NCBI GenBank assembly: GCA_963827235.1
Contig: CAWHAE010000012.1
Coordinates: 384,001-448,000, forward strand
Length of the DNA: 64,000 nt
Source of the DNA: an uncultured bacterium
GTDB lineage: Bacteria; Chloroflexota; UBA5177; JANWHV01
Direction: 5' to 3'
In this document: in pieces, positions 1 through 9,666 of the stretch
Layout of the letters: each line of letters begins with the position of its first letter
Numbering within the stretch: position 1 is the stretch's first letter
Notes under the pieces: model-generated
Seen by the model: only the letters and a program-made list of their open reading frames with translations
Databases searched by the model: none
Told to the model about the DNA's origin: nothing
Made by a program: the position numbers and the translations under genes

Positions 1-1
1 G

Positions 2-1576
2 GCATCCTTCATTTCCGCGCTCGCTACCTCGCACGTGGCGGCGCAGGCGGCGCCCGGCCGGGCGCCGATCCTGCTCTGGAAATACGGTGGCTGCTACCGG
101 AGCTGGTGCGAGACGGGCTGGTATTCGTCGCCCGCCGTGGCCGACCTGAACAGGGACGGCAACATGGAGGTGGTCGCTGCCGCGTACTCGGTGTGGTCGC
201 TCGACGGCAAAACCGGACGGACCATCTGGCGCGTGGCCTCGGGGCACGATATCCACAGCCCGGACGCCGCGTCCGCCGGGCGGGTCTGGCCCGACGTCGT
301 GGTCGCGGACGTGAATGGCAGCGGCTATCCGGAGATCGTGACCGCGGATTCGGGCGGCGACATCGCGGTCTACGACCGGCGTGGGAGCTTCGTGCCCGGC
401 TGGCCAAGGCAACCGGTGACGGACGAGCTGCGTGCACTGGCCGTGGCGGACCTCGACGGCACCGGCAAGATGAGCATAGCCGTGGGCGTGGCGCGCCCCA
501 GCCAGAAGAACATCTGGGTCTACAACGCGAACGGCACGGTGCGGGCAGGCTGGCCGCAGGCAGGCGGATCCGGCGAAGCAGCCGGCGTGTACAACGACAA
601 CATCGCGATCGGCCGCTTGGGCTCCATGACGCGCGCTTCGATCGTCGTGCCATCCGACGTGATCACGGTCGCCGCCTACGATCCCAGCGGCAAGGCGCTG
701 CGTGCAAACGCCAGGTACGGCAGGATGGCGGCGTGGAGCCAGGTGCCGGCCTATGTGGATCCGGCCTACGAGCTGCAGGGTTACGGCCCGTGCTACACCC
801 AGTTCACTCCGCGGGCCAACTTTGCCGACTCGCCGGCGGTGATCGCCGATTTGAACGGCGACGGAGAAAATGAAGTTGTCGTCGTGGGCAACGTGCACGA
901 CTGCCACACAAGCCCCTACACCGACCTCTACGACACGCCATTCGTGTTCAATTCCGACCGCTCGCGCTGGCATGCTGGCGCATTCGATTGGTCGACGCCG
1001 CCGCGGAACACCGGTGCCCCGCTCTCCGAGGACTACGACAAGATCGAGACTGCGGAGCCGAACCCGGTGACGGTGAGCCTGGACGGCAAGCCGCAGCTCG
1101 AAACATTGTTCGCTTCCTACGATGGCAAGCTTCACGCCTTCTGGCCGGACAAGACGGAGCACGGCCACTGGCCGTTCGATGTCTCGCACACCTCCGACGG
1201 CTACATCACGTTCGCCTCCGAGCCGGTGGTCGCGGATCTCTACGGTACCGGCACACCGGATGTGCTGTTCGCCACCTGGACGCAGAAAGGGAGTAACCGG
1301 ACGGGTAGGCTCTTCATACTCGATAATATGGGGAACGTGCTCCAGTCGACGCCGCTTCCCCGCGCGTTGGGCGATGTGGACTGGAATGGATCTCTGGCGG
1401 CGCCGGCTCTTGCGCGGCTGGGCCGCGACTCCAACCTGGACATCGTCCTCAATACCGCCGGCTCGGGCGTGGTGGCGTACGAGCTGCCGGGAACTGCCGG
1501 AGCGAGGATCCTGTGGGGGACAGGGCGCGGGAATTACCAGCGCACAGGATCGGCTCCCATCGCGCCGGAGCGCTGA
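2..1576 (+). CDS. Secreted FG-GAP/VCBS-repeat beta-propeller protein (5' truncated by the window edge)
   Basis: Frame is open from nt 2 (ASFISALATSHVAAQA, resembles the end of a signal peptide). About six Ca-binding-type repeats: ADLNRDG, ADVNGSG, ADLDGTG, ADLNGDG, SLDGKP, ADLYGTG. Confidence 0.8.
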   Translation, partial: ASFISALATSHVAAQAAPGRAPILLWKYGGCYRSWCETGWYSSPAVADLNRDGNMEVVAAAYSVWSLDGKTGRTIWRVASGHDIHSPDAASAGRVWPDVVVADVNGSGYPEIVTADSGGDIAVYDRRGSFVPGWPRQPVTDELRALAVADLDGTGKMSIAVGVARPSQKNIWVYNANGTVRAGWPQAGGSGEAAGVYNDNIAIGRLGSMTRASIVVPSDVITVAAYDPSGKALRANARYGRMAAWSQVPAYVDPAYELQGYGPCYTQFTPRANFADSPAVIADLNGDGENEVVVVGNVHDCHTSPYTDLYDTPFVFNSDRSRWHAGAFDWSTPPRNTGAPLSEDYDKIETAEPNPVTVSLDGKPQLETLFASYDGKLHAFWPDKTEHGHWPFDVSHTSDGYITFASEPVVADLYGTGTPDVLFATWTQKGSNRTGRLFILDNMGNVLQSTPLPRALGDVDWNGSLAAPALARLGRDSNLDIVLNTAGSGVVAYELPGTAGARILWGTGRGNYQRTGSAPIAPER

Positions 1577-1697
1577 GCTTCCCGGCAGGCGCGGAGCAGG
1601 TGTCGGTACCAACCTAAGCGGCGCGCCGCATGCGGCAGGGGTCACAATCGCGGGCCGAGGCAAGAAGATAGCCACGAGGCTCAAGATCGTTCGGGCC

Positions 1698-1726
1698 TTG
1701 ACTGGCGCAACACTGCTGGCTATGCT
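1698..1726 (+). promoter_or_regulatory. Sigma70-type promoter upstream of the rodZ-like/yajQ/pgsA genes
   Basis: TTGACT-N17-TATGCT, about 40 nt upstream of the TTG start at 1766. Confidence 0.6.
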
Positions 1727-1765
1727 GATCTCCGCCATGGAACAGCGACGAAGGAGTTCGAAGGA

Positions 1766-2128
1766 TTGCCCACGCTCGGTGAGACGCTTCGGGAAGCGCG
1801 CAACGCCAAGAAAGCGAGACTGACTCAGGTCGAGTCCGAAACGCGCATCGATCGTGCACGTCTCGAGGCTCTGGAAGCCGATCGGCTCGACGATCTGCCG
1901 GATGACGTCTACACAAGAGGCGCAATCCGCAATTACGCACTCTATCTGGGTATCGATCCTAATCAGGCCTTGGCCCTGTACCGCGAGGCGCGACCCGCCG
2001 CCGTCGCGACCCGCCCGCTGTCACAGGTCAGCACGCGGACGACCTTTACCCCGTTGACCTATACGGCCGCGGCGTTTCTGGCGCTGATCATTGTGACAGT
2101 GGCGCTGTTCGCCCTGCACGTTCTCTAG
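1766..2128 (+). CDS. RodZ-like HTH protein with a C-terminal TM helix and no extracellular domain
   Basis: LGETLREAR...ETRI...LEALE..LPDDVYTRGAIRNYALYLGID matches the RodZ HTH pattern; hydrophobic C-terminus; AAGGAG RBS. Confidence 0.8.
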   Translation: MPTLGETLREARNAKKARLTQVESETRIDRARLEALEADRLDDLPDDVYTRGAIRNYALYLGIDPNQALALYREARPAAVATRPLSQVSTRTTFTPLTYTAAAFLALIIVTVALFALHVL

Positions 2129-2206
2129 GCCCGACCGGTACCATAGGCCGGGCGACAGATCCGGCCGCTAGGGTTTACCCTGAGTGATGCGGGAAAGGAA
2201 TGCGCA

Positions 2207-2698
2207 ATGGCATCAGAGTCTTCTTTCGATGTAGTGTCGGAGTTCGATCATCAGGAGCTGCTGAACGCCGTAGATCAAACACTTCGTGAAGTGCGAACGC
2301 GTTACGATCTCAAGGACAGCGGCGCTACGATCGAGCACGACAAGACGGAGCTGAAGATCACGGCGCCGTCGACAATGGCGCTCAATGCCGTGAAGGACAT
2401 TCTTCAGTCAAAGATGGTGAGTCGGAAGCTCTCACTGAAGATCCTGAAGTTCGCAGATCCGGAGGAAGCCACCGGCGGCACCGTGCGCCAGCGAGCCACG
2501 ATACAGCAGGGTCTCAACCAGGATCTGGCGAGACAGATCGCGAAGCTCCTCCGGGATAACTTCCCCAAGGTCAAGACGCAGATTCAGGGAGACGCGGTCC
2601 GCGTGATCAGCAAGAGCAAGGACGAGCTTCAGGGTGTTCAGAGTCTGTTGCGCGACAAAGACTACCCAGTCCCCATTCAGTTCGTGAACTACCGGTAA
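2207..2698 (+). CDS. yajQ: YajQ family nucleotide (c-di-GMP)-binding protein
   Basis: SFDVVSE...NAVDQ...TRYDLK, QIQGDAVRV.SKSKDELQ and QFVNYR signatures. Confidence 0.95.
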   Translation: MASESSFDVVSEFDHQELLNAVDQTLREVRTRYDLKDSGATIEHDKTELKITAPSTMALNAVKDILQSKMVSRKLSLKILKFADPEEATGGTVRQRATIQQGLNQDLARQIAKLLRDNFPKVKTQIQGDAVRVISKSKDELQGVQSLLRDKDYPVPIQFVNYR

Positions 2699-2705
2699 GC
2701 GAGCG

Positions 2706-3299
2706 GTGAGCGCTTCAGCGGATCCTCCGCGCTCGCCGGCGTCCGCTGCCAACAGCGCGGGCCGTACCCGGCGCTCCGTGCCGAACGGCCTCAGCCTCTT
2801 CAGGCTCCTCAGCTCGCCTGCGCTTGCGGTGCTGCTGCTGATCGACGCGGAGGGCCTGCGCGCCATCACCATGCCGCTCTTTGCGCTTGCTGCCGTTACC
2901 GACTATTTCGACGGTTACCTGGCGCGGCGATGGATGGTCGTCAGCACACTGGGCGTATTCATCGACCTCGCCGCGGATAAGGTCCTCGTCTCCACGGTGC
3001 TCATCGTCCTGGTCGGTACCGGAGCCGTACCCTCGTGGATGGCCGCGCTGATTGTGGCCAGGGAGTTCATCGTCTCGGGAATACGGAGCCAGGCGGCCGC
3101 CTCGGGAAGGGTCATATCGGCGAGCCAGCTAGGCAAGTGGAAGACCACGGTTACTCTGGTAGCGCTCTTCTTCGCCCTGGCGTTTCCGGTCTCTCCCCCG
3201 GTGCCCGTAGTCGTGGGGCTATGGCTGGCCACGGTCATGACCGTGGCGTCGGCAGCGGACTACATCGTGCGGTTCTGGCGGGTCAGCATCCGCCCGTAG
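2706..3299 (+). CDS. pgsA: CDP-diacylglycerol--glycerol-3-phosphate 3-phosphatidyltransferase
   Basis: PNGLSLFR, TDYFDGYLAR...LG..ID..ADK, REFIVSGIR and GKWKT motifs. Confidence 0.9.
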   Translation: MSASADPPRSPASAANSAGRTRRSVPNGLSLFRLLSSPALAVLLLIDAEGLRAITMPLFALAAVTDYFDGYLARRWMVVSTLGVFIDLAADKVLVSTVLIVLVGTGAVPSWMAALIVAREFIVSGIRSQAAASGRVISASQLGKWKTTVTLVALFFALAFPVSPPVPVVVGLWLATVMTVASAADYIVRFWRVSIRP

Positions 3300-3423
3300 T
3301 GCTTGCCCGGCGCCCAGCCGGCGCAATACAGAAAGACGGCCGAGCATGCCGCCCGTTCTTTGCCCTTGGCCGGCGATCAAATTACTATACAAGGAAACGC
3401 CTGTCGCGTGGAGGGATACGTCC

Positions 3424-3987
3424 GTGCAGACTGATGAACATGCGTTTTATCGTGCTATCTACCGCGTTGCCTGCCTCGTCAATTCCTCCTTGGATCTTCG
3501 CGATACGCTGAGCGCGGTGGTTCAGAGCGTTGCCGAGGCAATGCGAGCCAAAGCAAGCTCCATTCGCTTGCTCGACGACAGCGGGAACCAGCTCGAGCTC
3601 GTAAGCTCGTTCGGTCTGAGCGAGAGGTACTTGAACAAGGGGTCCGTCGAGGTGGCGGCAAGCAAGATCGACCGCGAAGCGCTGCTGGGTGCGACTGTCG
3701 CGGTCGGCAACGTGGCCACCGACACGCGCCTGCAGTATCCTGACGAGCTGGCACGAGAGGGCATCACCTCCGTTTTGTGCGCGCCCCTGGTACGCCACGG
3801 ACATCCTATCGGCGTGATGCGCGTCTACACAGGTGAAGAACACGTCTTTGGCAAGTACGAGGTGGAGTTTCTGCAGGCGCTGGCCGACATCTGCGCCCTG
3901 GCGATCGAGAACGCGCGCATGTTCGATGCGCTGAACCGGACCTACCACGATACCGTGGAGTCGTTCTGGGGATCGTCCGGCCGGTGA
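3424..3987 (+). CDS. Stand-alone GAF domain protein
   Basis: NSSLDLRDTL...SIRLLD...EGITSVLCAPL...IGVMRVY...ALAIENARMF; GTG start after GGAGGG. Confidence 0.85.
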   Translation: MQTDEHAFYRAIYRVACLVNSSLDLRDTLSAVVQSVAEAMRAKASSIRLLDDSGNQLELVSSFGLSERYLNKGSVEVAASKIDREALLGATVAVGNVATDTRLQYPDELAREGITSVLCAPLVRHGHPIGVMRVYTGEEHVFGKYEVEFLQALADICALAIENARMFDALNRTYHDTVESFWGSSGR

Positions 3988-4222
3988 GTCTTCGCCTCCT
4001 GTCCAGTACGAGCGCGCAGATTCCCCTGGCCGCATTCTCATTCGTCGCCGCGGTCGGCGCTTTTGATCGGCACTCGTCGCCGTGCCGGACCACGTCGATC
4101 CACCCATCGGCCTAGCCATCGCCGTCTTGCTGCTGCTCAACGGAGGCGCGCGCCTGCTCCTCTGGCTCAACCGAACGCGACTGCCTCAAGACGGTCGTCA
4201 GCATGAGACGCGCGGCGGCTAG
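3984..4222 (+). pseudogene. Small two-TM membrane protein broken by a 1-nt deletion near 4065
   Basis: GTGA overlap with the GAF stop. MSLRLLSSTSAQIPLAAFSFVAAVGAF continues in the -1 frame as SALVAVPDHVDPPIGLAIAVLLLLNGGARLLLWLNR...TAG. Confidence 0.5.
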
Positions 4223-4417
4223 GGTCCGGTCTCGGCGCCCAACCGTCGGCGAAATGGGACCCGCAACGCTGAACGATTCTCGGCAAGGACGCACGCCGGC
4301 ACAGCATGGTCCCTGAGCGTCAACAAGGCGACATGCCGGTGTACCATAGGGGGCGAACAACTTCGGAGTGGGTCCACGGTGCGGCAACGCAAGCGAAGCG
4401 TAAGCGAGAGGTATTCT

Positions 4418-4906
4418 TTGGTTCCGTTCACGCAGAGAGACAGTCGCGAGCTGGCAAAGCGGGGCATCACGGGTAGCCGCAATATCCTTGTCGCCCTTTC
4501 CGGGAACGTCATCGACGGCGACCTTGTGCGGATGGCATGCTTCATGGCAAAGCACAGCCGGAGCCGCGTGTTCGTGGTACACGTCATGGAGGTGCCCAGG
4601 AACCTTCCCCTGGACGCGCATCTGCAGGACGCGGAAGTCGACGCGATCCTCGACCGCGCAATTGAGGCCGCGGAGGAAGCCAATTACCAGGTGGAAGCCG
4701 AGGTCGTGCAGGCGAGGGATGCCGGGCCGGGCATCGTGGACGAAGCTCGCGACCGCGATTGCTCGCTGATCATCATGGGCCTCGTTCCCCGCTATCGATT
4801 CAGCAGGTTCGACATGGGTAGGACCGTGCCGTACGTGCTCGAGCACGCTACCAGCCGCGTGTTCATCGTCCGCGAGAGCGCTCAGCCTACCGGGAGCGCG
4901 ACCTAG
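4418..4906 (+). CDS. Universal stress protein (USP) domain protein
   Basis: NILVALSG...VFVVHVMEVP...QARDAGPGIVDEA...LIIMG...GRTVPYVL; TTG start after GAGAGG (alternative start 4379). Confidence 0.85.
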   Translation: MVPFTQRDSRELAKRGITGSRNILVALSGNVIDGDLVRMACFMAKHSRSRVFVVHVMEVPRNLPLDAHLQDAEVDAILDRAIEAAEEANYQVEAEVVQARDAGPGIVDEARDRDCSLIIMGLVPRYRFSRFDMGRTVPYVLEHATSRVFIVRESAQPTGSAT

Positions 4907-5094
4907 CCGGGCCACCGCCGGCGCTTACCGACTCGCTACCGTGGTACATGCCGACGCTCCTGGCGCTTACCGTGCCCTACGCTTTGCCGACACGACGATG
5001 GGAGGCGCAAACTGTGTGCCTCCCATCGTCGTGGTTTCGGACATTCGAGTTGCGGCTGCCAGGGTCAGCCGCGCCGGCCTGCGCCGCTGCAGCG

Positions 5095-5334
5095 TCAATT
5101 GTTCCGGAAGAAGTCCGCGTTGATCTGGATGTACTTTGCCTGATCGGACGGGACGTCATCCAGGGTAAAGATCGAGCCGGTTGGGCACTCGGGTTCGCAC
5201 GCACCGCAGTCGATGCATTCGTCGGGGTTGATGAAGTACTGGTCGGACTCGTCGGTCGTCGAAATGCAATCTACCGGGCAAACAGCTACGCACGAGGCGT
5301 CTTTCGTGCACCCGTCAGTAATCACAAACGTCAT
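5095..5334 (-). CDS. Dicluster ferredoxin (CxxDxxC variant)
   Basis: CTKDASCVAVCPVDC and CIDCGACEPECP; GGAGA RBS. Confidence 0.92.
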   Translation of the reverse strand: MTFVITDGCTKDASCVAVCPVDCISTTDESDQYFINPDECIDCGACEPECPTGSIFTLDDVPSDQAKYIQINADFFRNN

Positions 5335-5408
5335 TGAAGGCTTCTCCAAACGTGTTGATTCACCTGTGCCGCTCCGGCTGCTGGCCGGGCGCGGTCACGA
5401 CCGAATCT

Positions 5409-5437
5409 AGTCTATCGCGCACCCGTCTGTCCAACAA
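5409..5437 (-). promoter_or_regulatory. Promoter of ferredoxin copy 1
   Basis: TTGTTG-N17-TAGACT on the minus strand; same hexamers as upstream of copy 2. Confidence 0.7.
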
Positions 5438-5600
5438 GCAGCCAAATGGGGGCCGGCTTACGAGAGGCAAGCCTGGCCGGAAGCGCGACAGCCACGCCGA
5501 ATGCGGTCCCTCACGGCCGCTCAACAGCCCGATGGTGCCCACGGTATCGGCGCGGGTAAACCGGCGGAAGGCGGGAAGGCGCGCGGAGGCGAAGAGCCGG

Positions 5601-5852
5601 TCAGCCGTTGCGATTCTTGAAGTAGTCGGCGTTGATCTGGATGAACTTCGTCTGATCGGCCGGCACCTCGTCTTCGGCGAAGATCGCGTTCACGGGGCAC
5701 TCCGGCTCGCAAGCCCCACAGTCGATGCACTCATCCGGATGAATGTAGTACATGTCGGCATCATCGGTCGTGTAGATGCAATCCACTGGGCACACGGCAA
5801 CGCACGCTGCGTCTTTGACGTTGATGCAGGGCTCAGTAATCACGTACGTCAC
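5601..5852 (-). CDS. fdxA: 7Fe-type ferredoxin (FdxA family)
   Basis: TYVITEPCINVKDAACVAVCPVDCI...YIHPDECIDCGACEPECPVNAIF; GTG start after GGAGA. Confidence 0.92.
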   Translation of the reverse strand: MTYVITEPCINVKDAACVAVCPVDCIYTTDDADMYYIHPDECIDCGACEPECPVNAIFAEDEVPADQTKFIQINADYFKNRNG

Positions 5853-5934
5853 TGGCACTATCTCCAAACCGGTTGGCGGCGATACGCACGTGGCCAAGCC
5901 ACCATATCCGCCCGCACAGACTCTCGCTAGGTCT

Positions 5935-5963
5935 AGTCTAGCGCCTGCGGAAATGCCCAACAA
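5935..5963 (-). promoter_or_regulatory. Promoter of ferredoxin copy 2
   Basis: TTGTTG-N17-TAGACT on the minus strand. Confidence 0.7.
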
Positions 5964-6082
5964 GCTGGAGTCCGGGCACCAATAGAACCTCGTCTTGTCC
6001 CATCGCTCGTGATCGCCATACACTCTCCTACACACGGAGCCTACGCCGGAACCCCCCATTAACAGCCGAAAGGTCTTCTCAA

Positions 6083-7342
6083 TTGGGATCTACCATTGCG
6101 CAGAAAATTCTGGCCCGCGCTTCGGGACGCGACCACGTTGAGCCCGGCGAGATCGTGTGGGCGGCCGTGGATCTCGCCCTGATGAGCGATACGAGCGGTC
6201 CGCGCCGTATTGCGCCGGGTCTGGAACGCCTGGGCGGCAAGGTATGGGATCCTGAGAAAGTCTGCGTGATCAGCGACCACTTCGTGCCTGCCACGGACGA
6301 CGTCGAGGCGAACATCCAGAAGGTGACGCGCGAGTGGGTCGAGGCTAAAGGGGTGCGCAAGTTCCACTTCTTCGAAGGCATCATGCATATTGTCAGCATC
6401 GAGCGTGGCTACGTGTGGCCGGGCATGTTGATGGTGGGTGCGGACTCCCACAGCGTCACGGCGGGCGGCATGGGATGCATGGCCGTGCCGGTCGGCTCGA
6501 CCGAGATCCTGGGGGTGGTGGCCACCGGAGAGATCTGGCTGCGCGTTCCCGAGACGGTCGAGGTGCGGTGGAACGGCAGCCTGGCGCCCGGCGTCATGGC
6601 CAAGGATATGATGCTCTCGACGCTCCGGCGACTGCGCTGCGATGGCGCGACGTATAAGTCGCTCGAGTTCACAGGCACCGGAGTGCGCGGCCTGCCGCTC
6701 GACGAGCGTCTGGTGCTCAGCAACATGACCATCGAGCTCGGCGGTAAGGCAGGCATCGTAGCCGCGGACGATGTCGTCTGCGACTACCTCGAGCAGAGAG
6801 GGGTGCGCAACCCGGCTCCGGTGCTGCCGGACGACGATGCCGTCTACGCCGATCTGATCGAAGACGACGCGGCCCGGCTGGTTCCACAGGTCGCGCTCCC
6901 CCATTCGCCCGACAACGGCGTGGATGTCGGCGAGGCCGCCGGCACGCCGATCGACCAGGCGTACATTGGAGCGTGCACGGGTGCGAAGTACCACGACCTG
7001 GTGATGGTGGCGGACGTTCTGCGCGGCAGAAGGGTGCACGAGGGCATGCTGTTGCAGATCGCGCCCGCCTCGAGGGAGATTCTGGGACGTGCGGAACGCG
7101 ACGGCATAGCCGATGTCTTGCGGGCGGCTGGCGCGCAATTCCTGCCCACGTCCTGCGGCGCCTGTCTCGGCGTGGGCGTGCATGCCCTGAAGGGAACTGT
7201 GCGCTGCATCTCGTCGACGAATCGCAATTTCCGCGGGCGCATGGGCAGCGCCGAGGCCGAAGTATACCTGGCCTCTCCCGCAACGGTTGCCGCCTCGGCG
7301 GTGGAAGGCCGGATCGCGGATCCTCGCAAGTACGTCGCATAA
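6083..7342 (+). CDS. Aconitase-family dehydratase large subunit (LeuC/HacA/DmdA type)
   Basis: DHFVP, GADSHS, IGACTG, CGACLG (three Fe-S Cys), STNRNFRGRMG, YLASP. Confidence 0.9.
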   Translation: MGSTIAQKILARASGRDHVEPGEIVWAAVDLALMSDTSGPRRIAPGLERLGGKVWDPEKVCVISDHFVPATDDVEANIQKVTREWVEAKGVRKFHFFEGIMHIVSIERGYVWPGMLMVGADSHSVTAGGMGCMAVPVGSTEILGVVATGEIWLRVPETVEVRWNGSLAPGVMAKDMMLSTLRRLRCDGATYKSLEFTGTGVRGLPLDERLVLSNMTIELGGKAGIVAADDVVCDYLEQRGVRNPAPVLPDDDAVYADLIEDDAARLVPQVALPHSPDNGVDVGEAAGTPIDQAYIGACTGAKYHDLVMVADVLRGRRVHEGMLLQIAPASREILGRAERDGIADVLRAAGAQFLPTSCGACLGVGVHALKGTVRCISSTNRNFRGRMGSAEAEVYLASPATVAASAVEGRIADPRKYVA

Positions 7343-7858
7343 ATGGAGAATCCCATGATCCTGGAAGGCACCGCATGGTGCTTCGGTGACGACGTCAACA
7401 CGGACGTCATACTGCCCGGAAAGTACCTGAAGTTCACCTCGGAAGAGGGCGCCGCGCACGTCATGGAAGGCATCGATCCTTCTTTTGCCTCGAAGGTGCA
7501 GCCGGGTGACCTCATCGTCGGCGGGGCGAATTTCGGCTGCGGATCGAGCCGCGAGTCTGCACCGGGCGCCATCAAGTGCGCGGGCGTGTCGGCAGTGGTG
7601 GCCCTGTCCTTCGCACGCATCTTCTATCGCAATGCGATCAACCTTGGCCTCCCGGTCATCGTGAGCGACGCTGCTCGCCACGTGCAGCCGGGGCAGCGCC
7701 TGCGAATCAACGTGGAGGCCGGCCGCATCGAGATCGTGGACAGCGGCGAGTCGTTCGCTGCCGATGCCTTTACCGGACACATCCTGGACCTGATCCGGGC
7801 AGGCGGTCTGGTCCCTTATCTTGAGCAGAAGCTTCGCGGCAGCGAGCGTGCGTCATGA
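7343..7858 (+). CDS. Aconitase-family dehydratase small subunit (LeuD/HacB type)
   Basis: GDDVNTDVILPGKYL, NFGCGSSRE, SFARIFYRNAINLG; abuts the large subunit. Confidence 0.9.
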   Translation: MENPMILEGTAWCFGDDVNTDVILPGKYLKFTSEEGAAHVMEGIDPSFASKVQPGDLIVGGANFGCGSSRESAPGAIKCAGVSAVVALSFARIFYRNAINLGLPVIVSDAARHVQPGQRLRINVEAGRIEIVDSGESFAADAFTGHILDLIRAGGLVPYLEQKLRGSERAS

Positions 7859-9642
7859 TGGATCGCGTATCGGCAAATCCCAGCCGGCCCGAGCGGTACG
7901 GCAGTGTCAGTTACACGACGAGACCGGTGATCCAGGGTCGCCGTGGCGTGGTTGCTTCCGGTCACTACCTGGCGAGCGCGGCTGGTCTTCGCATGTACGC
8001 CCGCGGCGGCAACGCGGTGGACGCGGCCGTGGCAGCCGGGCTCGCCCTGGCGGTAGTGAAGCCGCAGGACAACGGGATCGCGGGTGAAGTGCCCATATTG
8101 ATCTACAGCCCGCGCGCCGGCCGCGTGGTCTCCATCAGCGGCCAGGGTACCGCGCCGGCGCGGGCCTCGATCGCCTGGTTCAGGGAAGCGGGGATCTCGC
8201 TCATCCCGGGTAACGGCATGCTGGCAGCGACCGTGCCGGCCGCTTTCGATGCCTGGCTGGCGGCGCTCGGCCAGTTTGGAACCTTGTCCCTCGGGGCGGT
8301 AATGGAGCCGGCCCTCGAGCTGGCATCCGATGGGTTCGCGGTGGATCCCGCCTTGCGGCGCGCCATAGTCCGCCAACAGTACACCTTCCGGAACGACTGG
8401 CCGACCACCGCTGCCATCTATCTGCCGGGCGGCGCCGTGCCTGACGTGGGCGACCGCTTGCGACAGCCGGACTGGGCCGCCGCCATGAGCAAGACCGTCG
8501 AGGCCGAAGCGCTCGCCGTTCGCGCCGGCGCGGATCGGGTGGCTGCGCTCGAAGCCGCCCGATCGGTGTTCTACCAGGGATCGATCGCGCAGGCTATCGC
8601 CCACTTTGCGGCGAACACGTCCGTGGTCGATCACTCCGGAAAGGCGCATGCCGGATTGCTCTCCTACGAAGACCTCGCTTCCTACCGCGGTCGCATCGAC
8701 GAGCCCGTGCACGCCGACTACCGCGGATACGACGTGTATAAGTGCGGTGCTTGGACGCAGGGCCCGGTGTTCCTCCAACAGCTCCGCCTGCTGGAGGGTT
8801 TTGATCTGCCTGCGCTCGGGCACAATACCCCTGCCTACGTGCATACCGTCGTCGAAGCTGCCAAGCTTGCGTTCGCGGACCGTGACCGCTACTACGCCGA
8901 TCCACTCTTCGTCGAGGTGCCTCTGCAGTGGCTGCTCTCACCTGAGTACGCGCGGCACCGCAGGGCGCTGATCGATCCCGAGCGTGCCTCCTTCGATAGC
9001 CGGTCGGGCGGCTTGGACGCAACCGGCAATCTGCCGCCCGACGCCGTGGTGCACCGCAGCGACACCACGCATGTCGACGCGATCGACGGCGACGGGTTGA
9101 TGATCAGCGCCACGCCGTCGGGAGCTTGGATCTCCAGCTCACCCGTGGTGGAAGGGCTCGGCTTCCCGCTCGGTACCAGGGCCCAGATGTTCTGGCTCGA
9201 CCCCGACCACCCGAACTGTCTCGCGCCGGGCAAGCGCCCCCGCACCACGCTCACCCCGACCCTGGTGATGCGCGACGGCGCGCCACACATGGTATTCGGT
9301 ACACCTGGCGGCGACCAGCAAGACCAGTGGACGCTGCAGTTCTTCCTCAACGTGGTCGAGTTCGGCATGGACCTGCAGGAGGCCGTCGATGCGGCCACAT
9401 TCCACACGGACCATCTTGCGTCGTCGTTCTACCCGCGCGAGACCGTGCCTGGCAGTCTTTCCCTGGAGGGCCGCATCCCGCAGGCCGCTCGTTCCGCTCT
9501 CCAGGCTCTTGGCCACGACGTCCAGATCGTGGACGACTGGGCGAACGGGCAGGTGTGCGGCGCGCGCATCGATCCGGGCAGCGGTCGCCTCGAGGCATGC
9601 GCGTCGCCGCGTGGCCAGGCGGCCTATGCGATGGGTTACTAG
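7855..9642 (+). CDS. Gamma-glutamyltransferase family Ntn-hydrolase (YwrD/HpxW-like)
   Basis: GGNAVDAA, catalytic DTTH, PGKRPRTTLTP, GTPGGDQQDQ; ATGA overlap with the upstream gene. Confidence 0.9.
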   Translation: MMDRVSANPSRPERYGSVSYTTRPVIQGRRGVVASGHYLASAAGLRMYARGGNAVDAAVAAGLALAVVKPQDNGIAGEVPILIYSPRAGRVVSISGQGTAPARASIAWFREAGISLIPGNGMLAATVPAAFDAWLAALGQFGTLSLGAVMEPALELASDGFAVDPALRRAIVRQQYTFRNDWPTTAAIYLPGGAVPDVGDRLRQPDWAAAMSKTVEAEALAVRAGADRVAALEAARSVFYQGSIAQAIAHFAANTSVVDHSGKAHAGLLSYEDLASYRGRIDEPVHADYRGYDVYKCGAWTQGPVFLQQLRLLEGFDLPALGHNTPAYVHTVVEAAKLAFADRDRYYADPLFVEVPLQWLLSPEYARHRRALIDPERASFDSRSGGLDATGNLPPDAVVHRSDTTHVDAIDGDGLMISATPSGAWISSSPVVEGLGFPLGTRAQMFWLDPDHPNCLAPGKRPRTTLTPTLVMRDGAPHMVFGTPGGDQQDQWTLQFFLNVVEFGMDLQEAVDAATFHTDHLASSFYPRETVPGSLSLEGRIPQAARSALQALGHDVQIVDDWANGQVCGARIDPGSGRLEACASPRGQAAYAMGY

Positions 9643-9666
9643 CAGGTCACTTGTCGGCGGCACGCC

